A stretch of DNA of 64,000 bases, from NCBI GenBank assembly GCA_963703955.1, contig CAVPGK010000010.1, forward strand, positions 160,001 through 224,000, in the 5' to 3' direction. The first letter of the stretch is position 1. Each line of letters starts with the position of its first letter. Source of the DNA: Nitrospirota bacterium. GTDB lineage: Bacteria; Nitrospirota; Nitrospiria; Nitrospirales; Nitrospiraceae. Of the stretch, positions 60,416 through 64,000 are shown piece by piece. Under the pieces are notes generated by a model that saw only the letters and a list, made by a program, of their open reading frames with translations, did no database searches and was not told where the DNA came from. Made by a program: the position numbers and the translations under genes.

Positions 60416-60722
60416 TGGACTCTAACAGCCAAACTGGTAGTATGAAAGTGCCATACGAATCCGCAACACGTTAAATGCATGTAATCCAGACTCAAGTCAT
60501 CTCATCATCGAACGCTACCGATTCGCCTGTTACAGTCCACTCGTAACAATTGAAGCCTGGAGAGAAAATCTTATGTCACAATGTTCATCCTATCCTCAAC
60601 AGTCTGGTCTAAGGCGATCCTATGACTTTTCTTGCCAGCTGTTTTCCAACACCCCAATATTGGCGTTCAACAGGCAAGCGGTCTTTGTCTAGCAAGCGCG
60701 TACCTCAGAAGGGCAGGTGTTC

Positions 60723-63700
60723 ATGCAGGCCGATGGCATGATCGGAGAAATAGAGCGGCTTAAAGCTCGGGTAGCCTCCCTTGAGCGGCTGCTGGAAGCC
60801 CGTGACCAGACCGTGGTGAAGCAAGCCGGCCGGATCGAGGCGGCTATGAACCAGATCAGCGCCCAATCAGAAGTGCTGCACACTATTCTCACGGGTACTG
60901 CCTCTGCAACGGGAGACCACTTTTTCCATTCGATTGTCTCTCACCTTGCCTCGGCTCTGAAGGTCCGGTACGCCTTGGTCGGAGAAGTGGTCCACGACAG
61001 GCTCGACCGAATTCGTACGTTCGCTGTGTGCGATGGGGAGGAAATGCTAGAAAATTTAGAGTATGACCTCAAGGGCACTCCTTGTGCCGAGGTTATCAAT
61101 CAAAACCTATGCTATTACGAGCGCGGAGTCAGAGAACTCTTTCCCGATGATCGTTTGCTCGCTGACATGGGAGTGGAAAGCTATTGCGGAACTCCGCTGT
61201 TCGATCGCTCCGGTCGGGTGCTCGGCATTCTGGTTGTCCTGCACGACCAGCCCATGCCGAGGGCTCTCGATGTACAAAAGATGCTGACGGTCTTTGCGGA
61301 ACGGGCCGGGGCTGAGCTCGAGCGTAAGTGTGCGGAGGAGGCGCTGCGGGCTTCCGAAGAGAGGTATAGGATGATCTTGGCCTCCGCTCTTGATGGGTTT
61401 TGGGTCATTGATGTCCAGGGAAATATTCTGGAAGTCAATGACGCGTATTGCCGCTTGACCGGGTATCGTCGAGACGAATTGCTCTCAATGAAGGTCGGGG
61501 ACGTTGAAGCCAGTGAGTCACCCAAAGACGTCGTCAAGCATATTCAAGCCGTTCAAGAAGTCGGCGGAGATCGTTTTGAAACTCGCCATCGATGCAAGGG
61601 CGGCGCGATCATTGATGTTGAGGTCAGCGTTCGGTATGTGAATCGTGATGGTGGGCGCTTCTTTTCGTTTTTCCGAGACATCACGGCTCGGAAACGTGCT
61701 GAGGAGTCGCTGCAGCAAGCTGGCGAGCGGGTTCTTAAGCAAGAGTCCGCGCTGTTCAGGTTGACTAAGAGTGAGACCTTACGAACGGCTGATCTCACGA
61801 AGGTGCTACGGCACATCACGGAGGCGGCTGCGCAAACCCTCATGGTCGAGCGCGTCAGCGTCTGGTACTATTCCGAAGATCGGCGTGCGATTCAGTGCGC
61901 CAATCTCTATGAACTAAGCGCAAACCGTCACTCGTCGGGCGTGGAGCTTCGGGCGGACTTCTACCCAGCCTATTTTCACGCGCTGGCCTCGAGCGAGATC
62001 GTCGCCGCAGATGATGCGCATCAGGACACACGAACTAGGGAATTCTCTGCGAATTACCTTTCACCGCTCGGCATCAGCTCGATGATGGATGTCCCAATCT
62101 ATCTATTCGGGAGGTTGGAGGGCGTTATTTGCCATGAACACGTCGGACCATCCCGCCGATGGATGCAAGACGAACAGATGTTCGCCATGGCCCTAGCAAA
62201 CCTGATTTCCCTCGCCTATGAGCAATGGGAGCGCAAGCGGGTAGAGGAAGCGCTGCGCGAGAGCGAGGCACGCTTCAAGGACTTTATGGACAACAGTCCT
62301 GCCATGGCGTGGTTGAAGGACGAGCAAGGACGCTACGTGTACGTGAACAAGCCCTTTGAACATCGCTTCCGCATGCGATTGGAAGACTTCAGAGGACGCA
62401 CCGATTTTGATGTCTTTCCTTTGGAAACGGCCCGGCAATTTTGTGAGAACGATCAGGCGGTTCTGACTGCCGGTTCAGCGCGCGAGCTGTCGGAATTCGC
62501 CGTCACTTCGGACGGCGAGCATCACGACTGGTGGGTCGTCAGGTTTCCGTTTCGAGACGCGTCGGGCATGCGCTACGTCGGAGGTATGGCGTTAGACATT
62601 ACCGAGCGCAAGCGGACAGAAACCGCTCTGCGTGAGAGTGAAGAGCGGCTGAGAATTGCGCTCAATGCCGTCCGCATGGGCATCTGGGATTGGAACATCA
62701 GGACCAATGAAGTGAAGTGGTCGGACAATGTAAAGCGGATCTATGGCGTGTTCGAGGGGACGTTTGCAGGGAGCTACGAAGCCTATTTGACACATGTCCA
62801 CCCCGACGATCGTGAGATGGTGGTCTGTTCCATTACCGACTGTATTGAACAAGGAGCGGAGTATAGCGTTGAACACCGGGTTGTGTGGTCTGATCAGAGC
62901 CTCCATTGGGTCACGTGCAAGGGAGATGTGGTACGCGATGACGCGGGCAACGCGGTACGGATGCTCGGCACGGTGATGGACATCACGGATCGCAAGCGTC
63001 TGGAAGACCAGCTTCGTCATTCGCAGAAAATGGAGGCTGTCGGGCGATTGGCCGGAGGAGTCGCGCACGACTTCAACAATTTGCTGACGGTCATCACGGG
63101 ATATAGCAAGCTCCTGCTCAGTCAGCTTGGCCCTGAGGACGGGATGCGCGATGACGTCGAAGGAATTAGCCAAGCAGGAGACCGCGCGGCTGCCCTCACC
63201 AGACAGTTACTGGCCTTCAGTCGCCGGCAAGTGGTCCAGCTAAAGGTGCTGGATGTTAATGTGGTCGTCACAGACTTGGTAGACATGCTACAGCGTCTGA
63301 TCGGCGAGGATATTCACTTAGTCACGCGCCTTGACCCAAGCCCTGCCTATGTCAAGTTCGACCCGGGCCAGCTAGAACAGGTGCTTGTCAACCTCTCAGT
63401 CAATGCGCGTGATGCGATGCCTGATGGCGGGACACTGACGATTGAAACCATCGATGCCCATGATGCCTCCGCGGCTGGAATCGGTCCGGCAGATCAAGTC
63501 GTCCGGCTGATCGTGCATGATACGGGGTGCGGCATGGATGCGGATACCCTCTCCCATATCTTTGAGCCATTCTTCACGACGAAGGAATTGGGCAAAGGAA
63601 CCGGATTAGGGTTGGCTACCGTCTATGGCATCGTGACACAGAGCGGCGGGACCATTGAGGCCAGCAGCGTGCCGGGGCAGGGGACTACCTTCACGATGGT

Positions 63701-64000
63701 GTTGCCTCGAGTTGACGTTGACGTCAGGGCGGCGATGGCGCCGGTCACGTCGGACGGGTCCCCTCGTGGAACAGAGACCATCTTGCTCGTCGAAGACCAG
63801 AGCCTGGTCCGACAGTATGTGCGCGATGTCTTGAAGGAGCATGGCTATCACCTGTTGGAGGCTGAGAGCGGGGAAGAAGCCTTACGGTACGCAGAGGAAC
63901 ATCGGGGCCGCATCGATCTCTTACTGACGGACGTTGTGATGCCTCGTATGAGCGGACGTCACCTTTCGGAAGCGATCTCCTCTACACGGCCGAGCACCAA
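60723..64000 (+). CDS. Hybrid sensor histidine kinase (GAF-PAS-GAF-PAS-PAS-HisKA-HATPase-REC), 3'-partial
   Basis: Absent from the ORF track because it runs off the window. Same frame from ATG 60723 through GGVAHDFNNLL, NARDAM, DTGCGM, FEPFFTTK, GTGLGL and ILLVED..LLLTDVVMP. Confidence 0.92.
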   Translation, partial: MQADGMIGEIERLKARVASLERLLEARDQTVVKQAGRIEAAMNQISAQSEVLHTILTGTASATGDHFFHSIVSHLASALKVRYALVGEVVHDRLDRIRTFAVCDGEEMLENLEYDLKGTPCAEVINQNLCYYERGVRELFPDDRLLADMGVESYCGTPLFDRSGRVLGILVVLHDQPMPRALDVQKMLTVFAERAGAELERKCAEEALRASEERYRMILASALDGFWVIDVQGNILEVNDAYCRLTGYRRDELLSMKVGDVEASESPKDVVKHIQAVQEVGGDRFETRHRCKGGAIIDVEVSVRYVNRDGGRFFSFFRDITARKRAEESLQQAGERVLKQESALFRLTKSETLRTADLTKVLRHITEAAAQTLMVERVSVWYYSEDRRAIQCANLYELSANRHSSGVELRADFYPAYFHALASSEIVAADDAHQDTRTREFSANYLSPLGISSMMDVPIYLFGRLEGVICHEHVGPSRRWMQDEQMFAMALANLISLAYEQWERKRVEEALRESEARFKDFMDNSPAMAWLKDEQGRYVYVNKPFEHRFRMRLEDFRGRTDFDVFPLETARQFCENDQAVLTAGSARELSEFAVTSDGEHHDWWVVRFPFRDASGMRYVGGMALDITERKRTETALRESEERLRIALNAVRMGIWDWNIRTNEVKWSDNVKRIYGVFEGTFAGSYEAYLTHVHPDDREMVVCSITDCIEQGAEYSVEHRVVWSDQSLHWVTCKGDVVRDDAGNAVRMLGTVMDITDRKRLEDQLRHSQKMEAVGRLAGGVAHDFNNLLTVITGYSKLLLSQLGPEDGMRDDVEGISQAGDRAAALTRQLLAFSRRQVVQLKVLDVNVVVTDLVDMLQRLIGEDIHLVTRLDPSPAYVKFDPGQLEQVLVNLSVNARDAMPDGGTLTIETIDAHDASAAGIGPADQVVRLIVHDTGCGMDADTLSHIFEPFFTTKELGKGTGLGLATVYGIVTQSGGTIEASSVPGQGTTFTMVLPRVDVDVRAAMAPVTSDGSPRGTETILLVEDQSLVRQYVRDVLKEHGYHLLEAESGEEALRYAEEHRGRIDLLLTDVVMPRMSGRHLSEAISSTRPST

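Overview
GC-rich bacterial chromosomal segment with about 45 intact CDSs. The gene content suggests Nitrospirota, which is an inference. I saw no rRNA, tRNA or CRISPR array. Main blocks: (1) a secreted-protein cluster (TPR protein, CSLREA beta-helix protein plus a decayed paralog, metzincin and partner); (2) an LRR-Roc-COR-TIR protein; (3) nucleoside hydrolase/MtnK-like kinase divergent from a TVP38, disulfide reductase, DUF3047, DUF547, ferritin-like and TIGR04283-like glycosyltransferase cluster; (4) ECF sigma and signalling genes; (5) a mobile hotspot at 25.5-29.5 kb; (6) an island with GT2, an AT-rich DUF2264 gene, an integrase relic and an SGNH-PAS-PAS fusion; (7) a repair/mutagenesis neighbourhood (ligD, lhr, imuB-like, dnaE2, MutS-domain), with an S8 protease and a stand-alone tandem prodomain; (8) a hybrid histidine kinase running off the right edge. 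Top finding: a complete IS110 (IS621-like) element at 27186..28368. Its bridge-RNA loops can be read from the sequence. The donor guides match its own ends, and the target guides match CTAA-CT-ATT, the crossover core of an integron gene cassette (textbook attC, HEPN-motif cargo) into which it has inserted. All domain calls come from motif recognition by eye, not from database searches.
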